Positions 34,579-50,900 of a stretch of 64,000 nt of DNA are shown here, piece by piece. A program made the translations under genes and the position numbers. This DNA comes from Phyllobates terribilis (taxonomy: Eukaryota). Position 1 is the first letter of the stretch; every line of letters starts with the position of its first letter. The notes beneath the pieces are model-generated. The model was not told the origin of the DNA, made no database searches, and was given only the letters and a program-made list of their open reading frames with translations. Where the stretch lies: the NCBI RefSeq assembly GCF_046119375.1, contig NW_027362764.1:520118001-520182000 (forward strand), given 5' to 3'.

Positions 34579-35017
34579 TATTTCGGGGCTATGTGTGGGC
34601 TCATACTGTATATGGGCAGCTATGTGTGGGTTCATACTCTATATAGGAGGCTATGTGGAGGCTCATACTGTATATAAGCAGTTATATGCGGGCTCATACT
34701 GTATATAGGAGGCTATGTAGGGACTCATACTGTATCTAGGCAGCTATGTGTGGGTTCATACTGTATATAGGAGGCTATGTGGAGGCTCATACTGTATATA
34801 GGCAGTTATGTGTGGGCTCATACTGTTTATAGGAGGCTATGTGGGGGCTCATACTGAATATAGGCAGTTATGTGTGGGCTCATACTGTATATAGGAGGCT
34901 ATATGGGGGCTCATACTTTATATAAAAGACTATATGGTGGCTCATACTGTATTTACGGAGCCATGTGCAGGCTCATACTGTATCTAGTAGGCTATATGGG
35001 GGCTCATACTGTATATA

Positions 35018-36644
35018 CAGTACAGACCAAAAGTTTGGACACACCTTCTCATTTAAAGATTTTTCTGTATTTTCATGACTATGAAAATTGTACATTCACA
35101 CTGAAGGCATCAAAACTATGAATTAACGCATGTGGAATTATATACTTAACAAAAAAGTGTGAAACAACTGAAAATATGTCTTATATTCTAGGTTCTTCAA
35201 AGTAGCCACCTTTTGCTTTGATGACTGCTTTGCACACTCTTGGCATTCTCTTGATGAGCTTCAAGAGGTAGTCACCAGAAATGGTTTTCACTTCACAGGT
35301 GTGCCCTGTCAGGTTTAATAAGTGGGATTTCTTGCCTTACAAATGGGATTGGGACCATCAGTTGTGTTGTGCAGAAGTCTGGTGGATACACAGCTGATAG
35401 TCCTACAGAATAGACTGTTAGCTGCTTTTTTCTTGCCATAATACAAATTCTAAGTAAAGAAAAATGAGTGGCCATCATTACTTTAAGAAATGAAGGTCAG
35501 TCAGTGCGAAAAATTGGGAAAACATTGAAAGTGTCCCCAAGTGCAGTTGCAAAAACCATCAAACGCTGCAAAGAAACTGGCTCACATGAGGACCGCCCCA
35601 GGAAAGGAAGACCAAGAGTCACCTCTGCTTCTGAGGATAAGTTTATCCAAGTCAACAGCCTCAGAAATCGCAGGTTAACAGCAGCTCAGATTAGAGACCA
35701 GGTCAATGCCACACAGAGTTCTAGCAGCAGACACATTTCTTCAACAACTGTTAAGAGGAGACTTTGTGCAGCAGGCCTTCATGGTAAAATAGCTGCTAGG
35801 AAACCACTGCTAAGGACAGGCAATAAGCAGAAGAGACTTGTTTGGGCTATAGAACACAAGGAATGGACATTAGACCAGTGGAAATCTGTGCTTTGGTCTG
35901 ATGAGTCCAAATTTGAGATCTTTGGTTCCAACCACCGTGTCTTTATGCGACGCAGAAAAGGTGAACGGATGGACTCTACATGCCTGGTTCCCACTGTGAA
36001 GCATGGAGGAGGAGGTGTGATGGTGTGAGGGTGCTTTGCTGGTGACACTGTTGGGGATTTATTCAAAATTGAAAGCATACTGAACCAGCATGGCTACCAC
36101 AGCGTCTTGCAGCAGCATGCTATTCCATCCGGTTTGCGTTTAGTTGAACCATCATTTATTTTTCAACAGGACAATGACCCCAAACACACCTCCAGGCTGT
36201 GTAAGGGCTATTTAACCAAGGAGGGGAGTGATGAGGTGTTACGCTAGATGACCTGGCCTCCACAGTCACCAGACCTGAACCCAATCCAGATGGTTTGGGG
36301 TGAGCTGGACCGCAGAGTGAAGGCAAAAGGGCCAACAAGTGCTAAGCATCTCTGGGAACTCCTTCAAGATTGTTGGAAGACCATTTCCGTTGATTACCTC
36401 TTGAAGCTCATCGAGAGAATGCCAAGAGTGTGCAAAGCAGTCAAAGCAAAAGGTGGCTACTTTGAAGAACCTAGAATATAAGACATATTTTCAGTTGTTT
36501 CACACTTTTTTGTTAAGTATATAATTCCACATGTGTTAATTCATAGTTTTGATGCCTTCAGTGTGAATGTACAATTTTCATAGTCATGAAAATACAGAAA
36601 AATCTTTAAATGAGAAGGTGTGTCCAAACTTTTGGTCTGTACTG
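35018..36644 (+). mobile_element. Full-length Tc1-like element, DD38E (Intruder-type) spacing, inactivated
   Basis: TA-flanked CAGTACAGACCAAAAGTTTGGACAC TIRs of ~200 bp. Transposase has stops at ~36026 and ~36245. 38 residues lie between the second D and the catalytic E position, which is Q here. Confidence 0.9.
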
Positions 36645-36737
36645 TAGGTATCTGTGTGTGGGCTCATACTGTATATAGGAGGCTATGTGGGGGCTCATAC
36701 TGTATATAGGAAGCCATATGTGGGCTCACACTATATA

Positions 36738-38373
<1,636 letters not shown>

Positions 38374-39289
38374 TATATAGGGGGCTATGTGGGGGCTCAT
38401 ACTGTATGTAGGGGCTATGTGGGGGCTCATACTGTATATAGGCAGCTATATGCAGACTCATACTGTATATAGGAGGCTATATGTGGGCTCAAACTTTATA
38501 TTGGAGGCTATATGGGGATAATACTGTATATAGGAGGCTATATATATGGGGCTCATATGGTATATAGGAGGCCATGTTGGGGCTCATACTGTATCTAGGG
38601 AGCCATGTGCAGGCTCATACTGTTTCTAGGATGCTATATGGGGGCTCATACTGTATATAGGCAGCTATGTGCAGGTTGATACTGTATATAGGAGGCTATG
38701 TGGAGGCTGATACTATATATAGACAGTTATATGCGGGCTCATACTGTATATAGGCAGCTATGTGTGGGTTCATACTGTATATAGGAGGCTATATGGGGGC
38801 TCATACTTTATATAAAAGGCTATATGATTGCTCATATTGTACCTAGGGAGCCATGTGCAGGCTCATACTGTATCTAGAAGGCTATATGGGGGCTCATACT
38901 GTATATAGGGAGCTATGTGCGGGCTCATACTGTATATAGGAGGCTATGTGGGTGTTCATACTGTGTATAGGCAGCTATGTGTGGGCTCCTTCTGTATATA
39001 GGAGGCTACGTGGGGGCTCATACTGTATATAGGGAGCCATATGCGGGCTTACACTGTATATAGGGAGCTATGTGGGGGCTCATACTGTATGTAGGGGCTA
39101 GGTGTGGGCTCATACTGCACATAGGAGGATGTCAGGACACTTAATTGTAATCATCAACATTAACAGAAATAAACACTTGAAATAGAACACTCTGTAATGA
39201 CTCTATATAATATGAGTTTCACTTTTTGTATTGAAGAACTGAAATAAATTAACTTTTTGATGATATTCTAATTTAGTGAGAAGCACTTG

Positions 39290-42200
39290 AATGTCACACA
39301 GAATAGTTACTAAATAACATCCCCACATGTCTACTTTACATCAGCACAATTTTTTAAGCAACATATTTTTTGTTAGGAAGTTAAAAGGGTTAAAATTGAC
39401 CAGCAATTTCTCAATTATCCAACAAAATGTATAAAACAATTTTTTTAGGGACCACATCACATTTAAAGTGACTTTGAAGGGCCTATATGACAGAAAATAC
39501 CCAAAAGTGACACCATTCTGAAAATTGCACCCCTCAAGGTGCTCAAAACCAGATTCAAGAGGTTTATTAACCCTTCAGGTGCTTCACAGGAATTTTTGGA
39601 ATGTGGAAGAAAAAAATGAACATTTAACTTTTTTTTTAGACTCAATTTTTTTATTTTTGCAAAGAAACCAGGAAAAAATGGACCCCAAAATTTGTTGTGA
39701 AATTTTTCCTGAGCATGCCTATATCCCATATGTTGGGGAAAACCACTATTTGGGCATACATCAGGGCTTAGAAGGGAAGGAGCACCATTTGACTTTTTGA
39801 ATGCAAAATTTGCTAGAATAATTAGCGTACGCCATGTTGCGTGTGGAAACTCCCCACAAATGATACCATTTTGGAAACTAGTCCCCTCAGGGAACTTATC
39901 TAGATGTTTGGTGAGCACCTTGAATCCCCAGGTGCTTCACAGAAGTTTATAACGTAGATTTGTAAAAATAAAAAAATCACATTTTTCCTACAAAAATATT
40001 CTTTTAGCACCAACTTTTTTATTTTCACAAGGGTAACATTAGAAAATGGAACCCAACATTTGTTGTGCAATTTCTCCTGAGTATGTGAGTACCCCATATG
40101 TGGGAGTAAGTGTCCCTGTTTTGGAAACTAGACCCCTTGGGGAATTTATCTAGATGTGTGGTGAGCAATAAAGAACCCATAGATGCTTCACAAAATTTTA
40201 CAACGTTGATCTGCGAAAATGAAAAAAATTTTTTTTTACCACAAAAGTGTTGTTCTAGCCCCTAATTTTTTAATTTTCACAACGTTAGAAGGAGAAAATA
40301 GACCCACAACTTTGTTGTACAATTTCTCCTGAATACGCTGATGCCCGATATGTGGTCGAAAACTACTTTTGAGCCACAGGGGAAAGTTCAGAAGGGAAGG
40401 AGCGCCATATTGAAGGTCATATTTTGCCGTACTGGTTTGATGGTGCCATGTCACACTGGCAGAGCCCCTGAGGTGCCAGAACAGCAGAACCCCGGTACAG
40501 GACCCCATTTTACAAGCTACACCTCTCAATTAATTCATCTAGGCGTGCAGTGAGCATGTTGATACCACATGTGACTTACAGAGTTTCATGCCATTGGGCC
40601 GTGAAGAAAGAATAATTCAATTTTTACCACCAAAGCTTTGTTTTAGCCCCAGATTTTACATTTTCACACTGAGAAATAGGTAAAAATGGCACAGTACTGC
40701 TTAGACACACGGCGAGAATTGGGAGGGACGGAGCGCTATTTGCCTCCTGGAACGCATATTTTTCGAAAATACTTTGCGGACTCCATATACAGAGCCCTAG
40801 GTTCTATAAGAACAGAATCCCTCCTCAAGTGACCCCATTTTGGAAATTATACCTCTTTAGGAATTTATTTACAAATGTGGTGAGGATTTTAACTATTTTT
40901 CCAGAAACAAGCAGCAGAGGATGTTGTAATCTGCCGTTGTACTAACCAGTACATTGTAGAGACCAGTACATTGTAGTGACCAGAACGTTGTGGTGACCAG
41001 TACATTGTGCCCAGCTCATGCTTCTGGAGACATGCACCCGGAAATAAGGAGGGTTCTCGTCGCTACAGAAATGCCAAACATGTGGACGCTAACTGTGGTT
41101 TAGGCACACTGTGGGACTCAGAAGGGAGGTGGACATTTGGATTTGGGGGCACAGAATTTGCTGAATTTCTTTTGGGGGGCAAGGGCCATTTAGCTTTTCC
41201 AGAGCCTTTGTGCTACCAGTAACATGGAGCCCCCTATATTTCCGTTAACAAATGATGGACCTGAGTGGGGACTTGCTTTTTTTTGTGGATTGAGTCAAAG
41301 CTTTTATTGTGATCCAAAATGTTATGTAAAATGTTCCCATTTATCGTGTGCTCTTTGTTGAGCACTGATATTGGAGTTTCCATTTAAATCTCCGAGTGAC
41401 GTAATTCAGATGAAACCCACGAGGGATCCATTCACTATAATGGGGCAGCAGAGTTATTCCGGACTCAGCCTGGCCTCTGTTCAGCGTTGTCCTTTTTTTC
41501 AGAGGTGCACAAAACTGTGGCCAACGGCACTTTTATGCATACCTAAAAAGACGGACACCGCTGGATCACAGGGCAGACGGCGTCCACAGTGCCGCCATCT
41601 GCCTCATTATAGGGAATCTTCCACTGGGGGTTCCTTCTGAATCATGTATTTCAGAGATTTACATGGAAATCCTGGTGTAAGCGCTCAGTGTAGAGCGCAG
41701 GATAAATGTTATCCGAACCTTCCTGCAATCTTTAGGAGGCAGAATTTTACGCCTTTTCTTGTGTGGTATAAGTGATTAGATGACTTTATTCTTTGGGTCG
41801 GTGCGATTACAGCGATACCAGATTTATATTGGGTTTTTATGTTTGGCAGCTGTCACACACTTAAAAGACGCTTTTTTTTCAAAAACTAGTGTTTACATCA
41901 CCATATTTTGAGAGCTATAATTTTTCCATATTTCAGCAGACAGAGTCATGTGAGTGCTTGTTTTTTGTTGGATGAGTTGACATTTTTATTGGTACCATTT
42001 TCGGGCGTATAACATTGATCGCTTTCTATTCCAATTTTTGGGAGGCTGAATAAACAAAAACCAACAATTTAGGAATTGCTTTTTTTTTTTTATGCTGTCC
42101 CACATATGGTAAAATTGATAAGGATGCTTTATTCTTTGGGTCAGTACAATTACAGCAATACCACATTTATATAGTTTTTTTATGTTTTGCCGCTTTTACA

Positions 42201-43052
42201 TAATAAAAACTATTTTGTAGAAAAAATAATTATTTTTGCATCACTTTATTCTGAAAGCTATAACTTTTTTATTTTTCCACTGACAGAGCTGTATGGTGGC
42301 TTGTTTTTTGCGGGACAAGATGATGTCTTCAGTGATACCATTTTTATTTACATTCATCTTTTTGATCGCGTTTCATTCCACTTTTTGTTCAGCGGTATGA
42401 TGATAAAGCATAGTTTTCTGCCTCTTTTTTTTTTTTTTACGATGTTCACTAAAGCAGTTAACTAGTGGGACAGTTTTATAGGTCAGGTCGTTCTGGACGC
42501 GGCGATACCAAATATGTGTACTTTTATTGTTATGGTTACAATATTTTCTTTAAATTATTTTGTGATTTTTTGAAAGATGTTTTTAAAACTGTTTTTCACT
42601 TTTTTACTTTGTCCCACTATTCTTTCTACAGTCTGATTGCAGTTATAAGGTATAGCAATGCAGGATCCCTGCTATACCTTATAACCTGTCAGTGCCACTG
42701 ATACTAATTAGTTAGATCATGCACTGCACATGATCTAACAACCTTGCTAGTGACTGGTGACCCGTATGTCATCATGATGACATCAGGTCACCATGGCAAA
42801 GATCGGGAACCCGCAATGACGTTGCAGGGTTTCCGATCCAAGAGCAGGCTTTTGTCCCTCTGCCTGCCCTCTAAATGTTGCGATCGCAGCGATCACAGCA
42901 TTTAATGGGTTAAAGTGCCAGGAATGGTGCAGGAATCAGCTGACACCCAGCGGCGATTGCGCACATGCAAAATCGCCTAGATGTATCCATATGACCAGGG
43001 TCGATAAGTACCGGCTACGTGGACATATGGATACGTCTAAGGTCAGAAGGGG
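39290..43052. mobile_element. Large piggyBac-like non-autonomous element (left end missing)
   Basis: Ends AGAAGGGG|TCAA, with the 3' part homologous to 27790-27949. Internal repeated modules (ttttggaaactag-ccc...ttatctagatg). Confidence 0.6.
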
Positions 43053-44129
43053 TCAATATGTTAATATTAATATTCAGCAGAATTAATTTCATCCTATTGG
43101 TTTGGTCTCCACAACAGTCATGGTCTCTCATGGGCCCCCTTGGGAAAACTAATCTCCCACCACTGCTCTATTATGTATAAAGAATCTTATGCATAGTGCT
43201 GTACATAAGGGTAAAATTTGCGCGTTGCTATCTCTGTCTTTTTCCATCTCTAGATGTGCACCAGAGCACCTGTGTGTTACTTACATGACCTATCACAGGA
43301 TTTATCAAAGGGGATCATGTGACATGTCACGTGATACATTGGGTACACGGGGGGACCCTCATCTTCTAAATTACCTGGGCCCTGGCTGCTCTTAATCCAC
43401 CTCCATATCATTACAGTCTCTAGGAATTGAAGTTCTTCTATCCCCTCAAGGTCAGGAAGTGACAGAGGAACTGTATATAGAGTTTTATCTGTGTACCATC
43501 CCACCATAACTAGGTGTTTAAAAGTACAAGAGAACTATCCTAAATTTACATCTGATTACCCTAAGCAATTAAGCAAAGCCAACAAATGAGCTGCATAACA
43601 AGAATTGTCTGCTTGTATCTGTCAACGTTAATCCTAACAAGTGTACATAGTAACATAAAATGCAATAAAAAAGGTAATAAATTCTGGTATAGTTATGCCA
43701 CAATTTGGCAGCATGTGCCATAATTTAATTAGCATCTCCCCCAACTGCTTTATGTTTTTTTTCATGTAAACTAGAGATAGACGTAAATAAAAAAGGCTAA
43801 ACAGCTAATTCACGGAGAATAATTACATGCTATTTTCAGTCTATTACTTCTTATTACATTGTATTAAGTAAGGTACTGTAAATTCAGGTGAGACCACTGA
43901 GGAGCCTTTTATCAGTTAATAACACCTTCCAGCTATTTGATGTAACTATATCTCCTGATGTGATGTTAGGTACATCACAGGGATTTCTCATGCAAAGGAG
44001 TTGTAGCCATTCCATCCATAGAAGGATCCGAATGTAATATATAGCTGTGCTTCTGCTGCGTGTTGTGGGATTCCAAGTGTGTGATTGAGCCTATCTCAGC
44101 ACTTTAAGCCCTCAGATACCCCTGTCAAC

Positions 44130-44648
44130 ATTATCACTGGGTTGCGCATAAGTACTTCATTATGTTGCACACCATGGACAAAGGAACATCAAGATCTCTG
44201 GGAATGGACTTGATATTGTTCAACAGTTTTGGTTCTCAAGTCCCCAGACAGGTGTCTTCTCCTCTTTCTGTTCTCCATGCTTAGTGTGGCACACACAGGC
44301 ACACAATGCAAAAATTGAGTCAACTTCTCTCCTTTTTATCTGGTTTCAGATGTGAGTTTCATATTGCCACATATTACTTGCCACAGGAGAGTTTGAACAT
44401 GCTTCACATGCTTGAAACAAAGTTATTTAACCACATTTTTGGAAAGGTGACAACAATTTTGTCCTGCCCATTTTTGGTCTTTTGTGTGAAATTATGTCCA
44501 ATTTGCCTTTTTTTCTCAGGTTTTTTTGTGTTGCTCCAATACACACAAAGGAAATAAACGTGTATAACAAAACGTGTAATTGCAATAATTTTCTGGGAGA
44601 AATACTTCAAAACAATTTCAAGGGTAGCAACACTTTCAGTCATGACTG
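44130..44648 (-). mobile_element. Tc1 5' fragment
   Basis: TIR ending ...CATGACTG|TA and a decayed transposase N-terminus resembling 37860-38040. Confidence 0.65.
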
Positions 44649-44897
44649 TATTTTAGTCTATTAGACCCCGCTGGAGTAGGGATCTAATAGAAAACCTATC
44701 AGTCAAACACGGATAGCCTGGATCACGACTACGCTACAGTATGGCTAATAACTTCAATTGCAAATGTATTGTTTTTTGCTTATGCCTTACAAAGTAATAA
44801 AAAGTGATCAAAAGCTTGTATATACTCAAGAATCGTAGCAGTAAGACCTACAACTAGTCCTGCAAAAGAAAGAAGTTATTGGTATCAGAACATGGCG

Positions 44898-45397
44898 GCA
44901 AAAAGGCAAAGGTACTCACCAGCCAAGGTATCAAGAAAAATGCACACCAGGACGCAGCTGGCCCCCTTTTGTAAGAAGGAGGTAACACAGGTGCAGAATG
45001 CTGATGAACAATCACTCTCATCCGCTCTCACTGGAGGAGCGACTGCCTAGCACTAAAACTGCACACAGATGAAACTTACAATAGGGTGCAATTCACACAC
45101 TCGCGGCACCGTGCCTAGTCAGCATCCTATTACATGCCCCTCCTATTCGATTAGGCGGGATGCCCGGCACCCTATCCGTGCATCACAGAGGTGCAGAGCT
45201 CCCCATTCACAAGGTCACCATTAATAAGCCTGGCTGCTCCCTGGCAGATAAAAAAGTGAAAAAATATCATATGAGGTATTAGTTAATATTTGGCCAAAAT
45301 ATACCTGTGTTACCTCCTTCTTACAAAAGGGGGCCGGCTGCGTCCTGGTGTGCATTTTTCTTGATACCTTGGCTGGTGAGTACCATTGCCTTTTTGC
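44898..45397. repeat. 95-bp inverted repeat around a 310-bp spacer
   Basis: Arms 44898-44992 and 45303-45397 differ at 2 positions. Confidence 0.88.
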
Positions 45398-46298
45398 TGT
45401 TTTCTAATTTGACTTTGGATTTTTTTTTTAAAAATTAGTTTATTGTTCTGGCTATGCTGTTTGTTATTAGAACATGGCGACGAAAAAATAGATTTTTATT
45501 AAAAAGTAATTTCTTTTTTTGCAAAAGTGGCAAAACATGAAAAAAGCTGTGTAGATTTTGTATTGTCACAATCATATCAACCCCCATAATGAAGATAACA
45601 TGTCAATTATCCTGAAAGATGAGCGGTGTTTAAAAAAAAAAAAGTTTGGAATTGTACATTTTTGTTCATTTTGCCCCTTAAAGATTGTAATTATAAGTGA
45701 TCAAAAACTTGTACAGTATGTACCACACCACACCACCATCTAGGCAATCATGCTGGGTGCATTTTTTGGACAGCTGATTGCAGCACTCTGTAAGGGGTGT
45801 TCTTTTGTGGCCCCTTATTTTCTTTTCCTGTCGAAACCTGTACAAGTGAGAGGGGAAACGCGTCAGGAGATTGATGAGTATACCTATTAATTATTACATG
45901 TAAAACTGACATTTTTGATATACATGTTAATATATACCACTGGGTGGAAGACTATATGACCATTTTAGTTTATATATATATAATAATGTCCACCTATTGA
46001 TTCGTTGTGGCATGTATCTGATGCAATTTTTTTTCAAATTTAGGACTGATTTAGGGATTACCAAGGTCAGTCGACATTGAATGGGGGCACCATTGTCGCA
46101 TTATCTTTAGCTTACCAACCCTTGTGGTCAGACAGGTGACTGAAATAGGTCATATTAGAGTCTAGTGGTATTTTCCTGACTAATTTTTCCTTTTATATCA
46201 TCTATTCCATTGGCCTATTTTATTAGGTCCTTTTTCATGCATATCTAATAAATTTTGTTCTTAGGAGGTTTTTTGACAGTAAGACATTTTTCAATATA

Positions 46299-47931
46299 CT
46301 CTGGGCATGAAAAGTATTCAGACCCCTTTAAATTTTTCACTATTTGTTTCATTGCAGCCATTTGGTAAATTCTAAAAAGTTCATTTTTTTTCTCATTAAA
46401 GTACACTCGGCACCCCATCTTGACTGAAAAAAAACAGAAATGTAGAAATTTTTGCAAATTTATTAAAAAAGAAAAACTGAAATATCACATGGTCATAAGT
46501 ATTCAGACCCTTTGCTCAGTATTGAGTAGAGGCACCCTTTTCAGCTAGTGCAGCCATGAGTCTTCTTGCTAATGATGCAACAAGTTTTTCACACCTGGAT
46601 TTGGGGATCCTCTGCCATACTTCCTTGCAGATCGTCTGCAGTTGCGTCAGGTTGGATGGTGAACGTTGGTGGATAGTCATTTTCAGGTCTCTCCAGAGAT
46701 GCTCAATTGGGTTTAGGTCAGGGCTCTGGCTGGGCCAGTCAAGAATGGTCACAAAGTTGTTCTGAAGCCACTCCTTTGTTATTTTAGCTGTGTGCTTAGG
46801 GTCATTGTCTTGTTGGAAGGTGAACCTTCGACCAAGTCTGAGGTTCAGAGCACTCTGGAAGAGGTTTTCATCCAGGATAGCTCTGTACTTGGCCGCATTC
46901 ATGTTTCCTTCAATTGCAACCAGTCGTCCTGTCCCTGCAGCTGAAAAACGCCCCCATAGTATGATGCTGCCACCACCATGTTTCACTGTTGGGATTGTAT
47001 TAGGCAGGTGATGAGCAGTGCCTAGTTTTCACACATACCGCTTAGAATTATCCCCAAAAAGTTCTATCTTCGTCTCATCAGACCAGAGAATCTTATTTCT
47101 CATAGTCTGGGAGTCCTTCATGTGTTTTTGAGCAAACTCTATGCAGGCTTTCATATGTCTTGTACTGAGGAGAGGCTTCCATCGGGCCACTCTGCCATAA
47201 AGGCCCAACTGGTAGAGGTCTGCAGTAATAGTTGACTTTGTGGAACTTTCTCCCATCTCCCTACTGCATCTCTGGAGCTTAGCCACAGTGATCTTGGGGT
47301 TCTTCTTTACTTCTCTCACCAAGGCTCTTCTCCCACGATTGCTCAGTTTGGCTGGACGGCCAGGTCTAGGAAGACTTCTGGTGGTCCCAAACTTCTTCCA
47401 TTTAAGGATTATGGAGGCCACTGTGCTCTTAAGAACCTTGAGTACTGCAGAAATTCTTTTGTAACCTTGGCCAGATCTGTGCCTTGCCATAATTCTGTCT
47501 CTGAGCTCCTTGGGCAGTTCCTTTGAGCTCATGATTCTCATTTGGTCTGACATGCACTGTGAGCTGTGAGGTCTTATATAGACAAGTGTGTGTCTTTCCA
47601 AATCAAGTCCTATCAGTTTAATTAAACACAGCTGGACTCCAATGAAGGAGTAGAACCATCTCAAGGAGGATAACAAGGAAACGGACAGCATGTGACTTAA
47701 ACATGAATGTCTGAGCAAAGGGTCTGAATACTTATGACTATGTGATATTTCAGTTTTTCTTTTTTAATAAATTTGCAAACATTTCTACATTTCAGTTTTT
47801 TTTTCAGTCAAGATGGGGTGCAGAGTGTACTTGAATGAGAAAAAAATGAACTTTTTTGAATTTACCAAGTGGCTACAATGAAACAAAGAGTGAAAAATTT
47901 AAAGGGGTCTGAATACTTTCCGTACCCACTG
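46299..47931 (-). mobile_element. Full-length Tc1-like DD34E element, frameshifted transposase
   Basis: TA-flanked ~200-bp TIRs (AAAGTATTCAGACCC direct repeats). Transposase in two frames (47029-47541, 46516-47011) with a break near 47020. Confidence 0.93.
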
Positions 47932-50900
47932 TAGATACTTCATTAATCAATGATTACAATGAAGTCTACCACAAAATAGTACCAACGAAAACTATAGCTT
48001 ATTACGCACAAAATTAACGCTCACAAAACTACATTCCATTGATGGAAAATTTTAAAATTCATGGCACTCAAAATAGGATAGCAAAAAAAAATAATTTGGT
48101 TTTCAAAGAGTCTGTTCAAAAAATACAATCATACAACTAAATATATTTGGAATCGCCTTAATCGTGCTAACCCAAAGAATAAAGTTAACACTTTTTTTTG
48201 CACAGTATGACGAATAGTGTAACCCCCCCCCCAAAAAAAAAGTGCTATATTGTTTATCTTCCTCTCCATAAAGAGCTAATGAAAGTTTGTTAAAAAGTTT
48301 TATGCACCCCAAAATAATGGCACTAACATATACAACTCAATCCGACAAAACAAGTCCTCATATGCCTATATCCAGTTATGGCTCCTCGAACGCGACAATA
48401 AAAAAGTGAAAACAAATATACGATACTAAAGGTACAGTACAAAGCATTATGGAGAAATGTAAAGCATCTCAGGGACACGGTGCTCAAATGTTATCCTTTC
48501 AAACTGGAAGCATGTCAAGAGTTGGACCCCACTCTTTACCCATGAACAAGCAATAATGGAATAACCCACTCTTTACCCATGAACAAGCAATAATGGAATA
48601 ATCCATTCTTTACACATAAACAAGCAATGAAACTGTGAAATTTGTCCTTTAATTCAAACATCCTAAAAAAGCTTATAGTATGTGAAGCATCTGATTTTCA
48701 AGAGAATTTGTCACTTTTAGGTTATTTTACTTACATAGTAGTTTACTATTCAAGTTCACCTTTTCTTTTAATAGGATCTACAGTGGTATTCTTGAAAACA
48801 TTATTCTGAATACAGTAACACGGAGCAGGCTTTGCAGAAACGAAAATTATCTTTTTTCACAGCTTCCCCTTTCATACACCCTCAGGCAGAACAGTGAAGA
48901 AAAAAGAGAAAATGAAAATGTTTAATAAAAAAAAGAGGGGCGGTCAGCCAGTTCTTTTGTATGGGGAAAGACTTTAATTTATTCTTAAATCAAATGATTT
49001 ATTCTTGGTATTTTGAATGCTGTAATAAATCTCAAAAACAAGTCTTTCAACGTCCTAACGACAAATAGAAAAAGTGATCTATATAAAAAAAATACTGTGG
49101 ATAAGACGTATTCTGTTGAAGAGTGCACCTGAGTGATGTCCTATTTTTTTCTATGATTCCTTAATGTAAGTTGACCTTCAGGTAGCAAAAGTAAAAACAT
49201 TACAAGGATAAAAAAGGTGTAAAATGGTTTTCTACGATTGGTGACACTGGGGTGATTTTTGTGTGATCACCTTTCAGTCCGACGACTGCCCAGTGTTTAA
49301 GTAGTGATTTAATCACTTTTCATTTAATACACTGGATAATTTATTTGCCTATAGTGTTTTTATGCTCTAGTAGTTGAACTAGGAGTGATTAAAGTGTGTG
49401 AGAGAAGGGTAACTTACTATTGATGAGCTGTCCGAATAGGATTCTTCATTCCATCCAGATCCTGCAACCATAGCAGTTTTATTGATTTTCTACTAATATT
49501 TTACACCTTACAGCATATTTCCTTACTACTGTGTATATAAAGCTATTATTCAACTAGTAAGCTATTAAAAAGGCTGTGGGTTATTTCTTAAGTATTCCAC
49601 CCCTATACTGATGCCCTCCTTTCGAATTAAAAGGTCCACTCTGTATTTGACAACAATGAGTCAGATTTACGAATACTGGCTAATATTTAAATATCATAAA
49701 CCTATATGATACAGTCAGTAAATGTGCTAAATAAAAAAAAGGCCATCATTTGCCTTTTTTAAGTCCCTTTCCTTTTTGTCTTGTGGTATTGGTTGACGTT
49801 TTTTGAGCCAAATTCATGAATTTGGTACAGAACTAAAAATTGACTTTTTTCCTGTCTTGAATTGGTTTTGTGACTTTTGGCACCAAAAGTAGCAAAAAAT
49901 TGCACCAAGGTTTGGCGTACTCAAAAATACCTAAATGGGGGACGGGAGTGAAATTGGGTCAAATTTCGTGATTTTTTAAAAAGTCGAAGTGTAGTAGCAC
50001 AGATACATGCTATTTCATACAGGATCAAATAATCTCTCAGGGTATATATTCTCAACAGCATGGAAACATACCTTAAAACATAACTTTTAATAATGCTAAT
50101 AAAATAAGGATTGACCCAGGCAATGTAAAAACCTTAGCACTGACCCATGTTACAAAGCCTGTATATGGCGCATTAATATTGATCACGTATCGACCAATGG
50201 CAATTGAGTATAGGAAAGTGCTAAAGAAAGGAAAAAGTGTTGATCTCACCCATTTGGATCCGTAATGGTATTGGATTCCACGGGCAATGTTCACTTATCA
50301 CATCTGTCTGCCCTGTCATGCCCCATGTAAATGCTCCCGCCCTAACAAGGGCAGTAACCAAGTATGGCTCACTTCTTGTTTACCCCAGAAAAGATGCCTC
50401 CTTTTTAAAAACTTACAATTGATGAAAACAACTGGAATTGTTAAACTCTACCCACAAATCTGAAAACAAAACCCCAAAGGAACACATAGTAAAATGCTCC
50501 AAAAAAGACCCAAATGGAATAATGAATTGGGTGCAAACGAAAAAAAAAAAAGAACAAAACTAGTCAAAAACAGGCGTAAAAGGCAATAATGAATAGGAGC
50601 CAATGTTTGGTAGACTTTAGTGTTTTGGCATCTGAAAAGTTGTTTACTTTTTTTGTATCACCTTTTGGTTGGTGTACTTTAGACCACAATTTTCTGCTTA
50701 AAAATCTGTGAACAGCAGTAATACATTTGGAGCATTCTATTGCTTTACAAAATCACGTGCATTTTTGAGACACTTCTAAAAGGTACCGACAGCAAAAAAA
50801 TTTGGTAAGTCTTAATAGGTTTTTAAAAATTGATCCTTCCCCCCGCAAATTTTGGCACAATGCTGCGACTCTGGTTAATGTGCCCAACCGAGAATAGCTT

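Noticed and set aside
48760-48806. Possible 45-nt minus-strand micro-exon (NNVFKNTTVDPIKEK)
   Set aside because: Weak donor (GTGAAC) and no supporting homology. Such matches are expected by chance.
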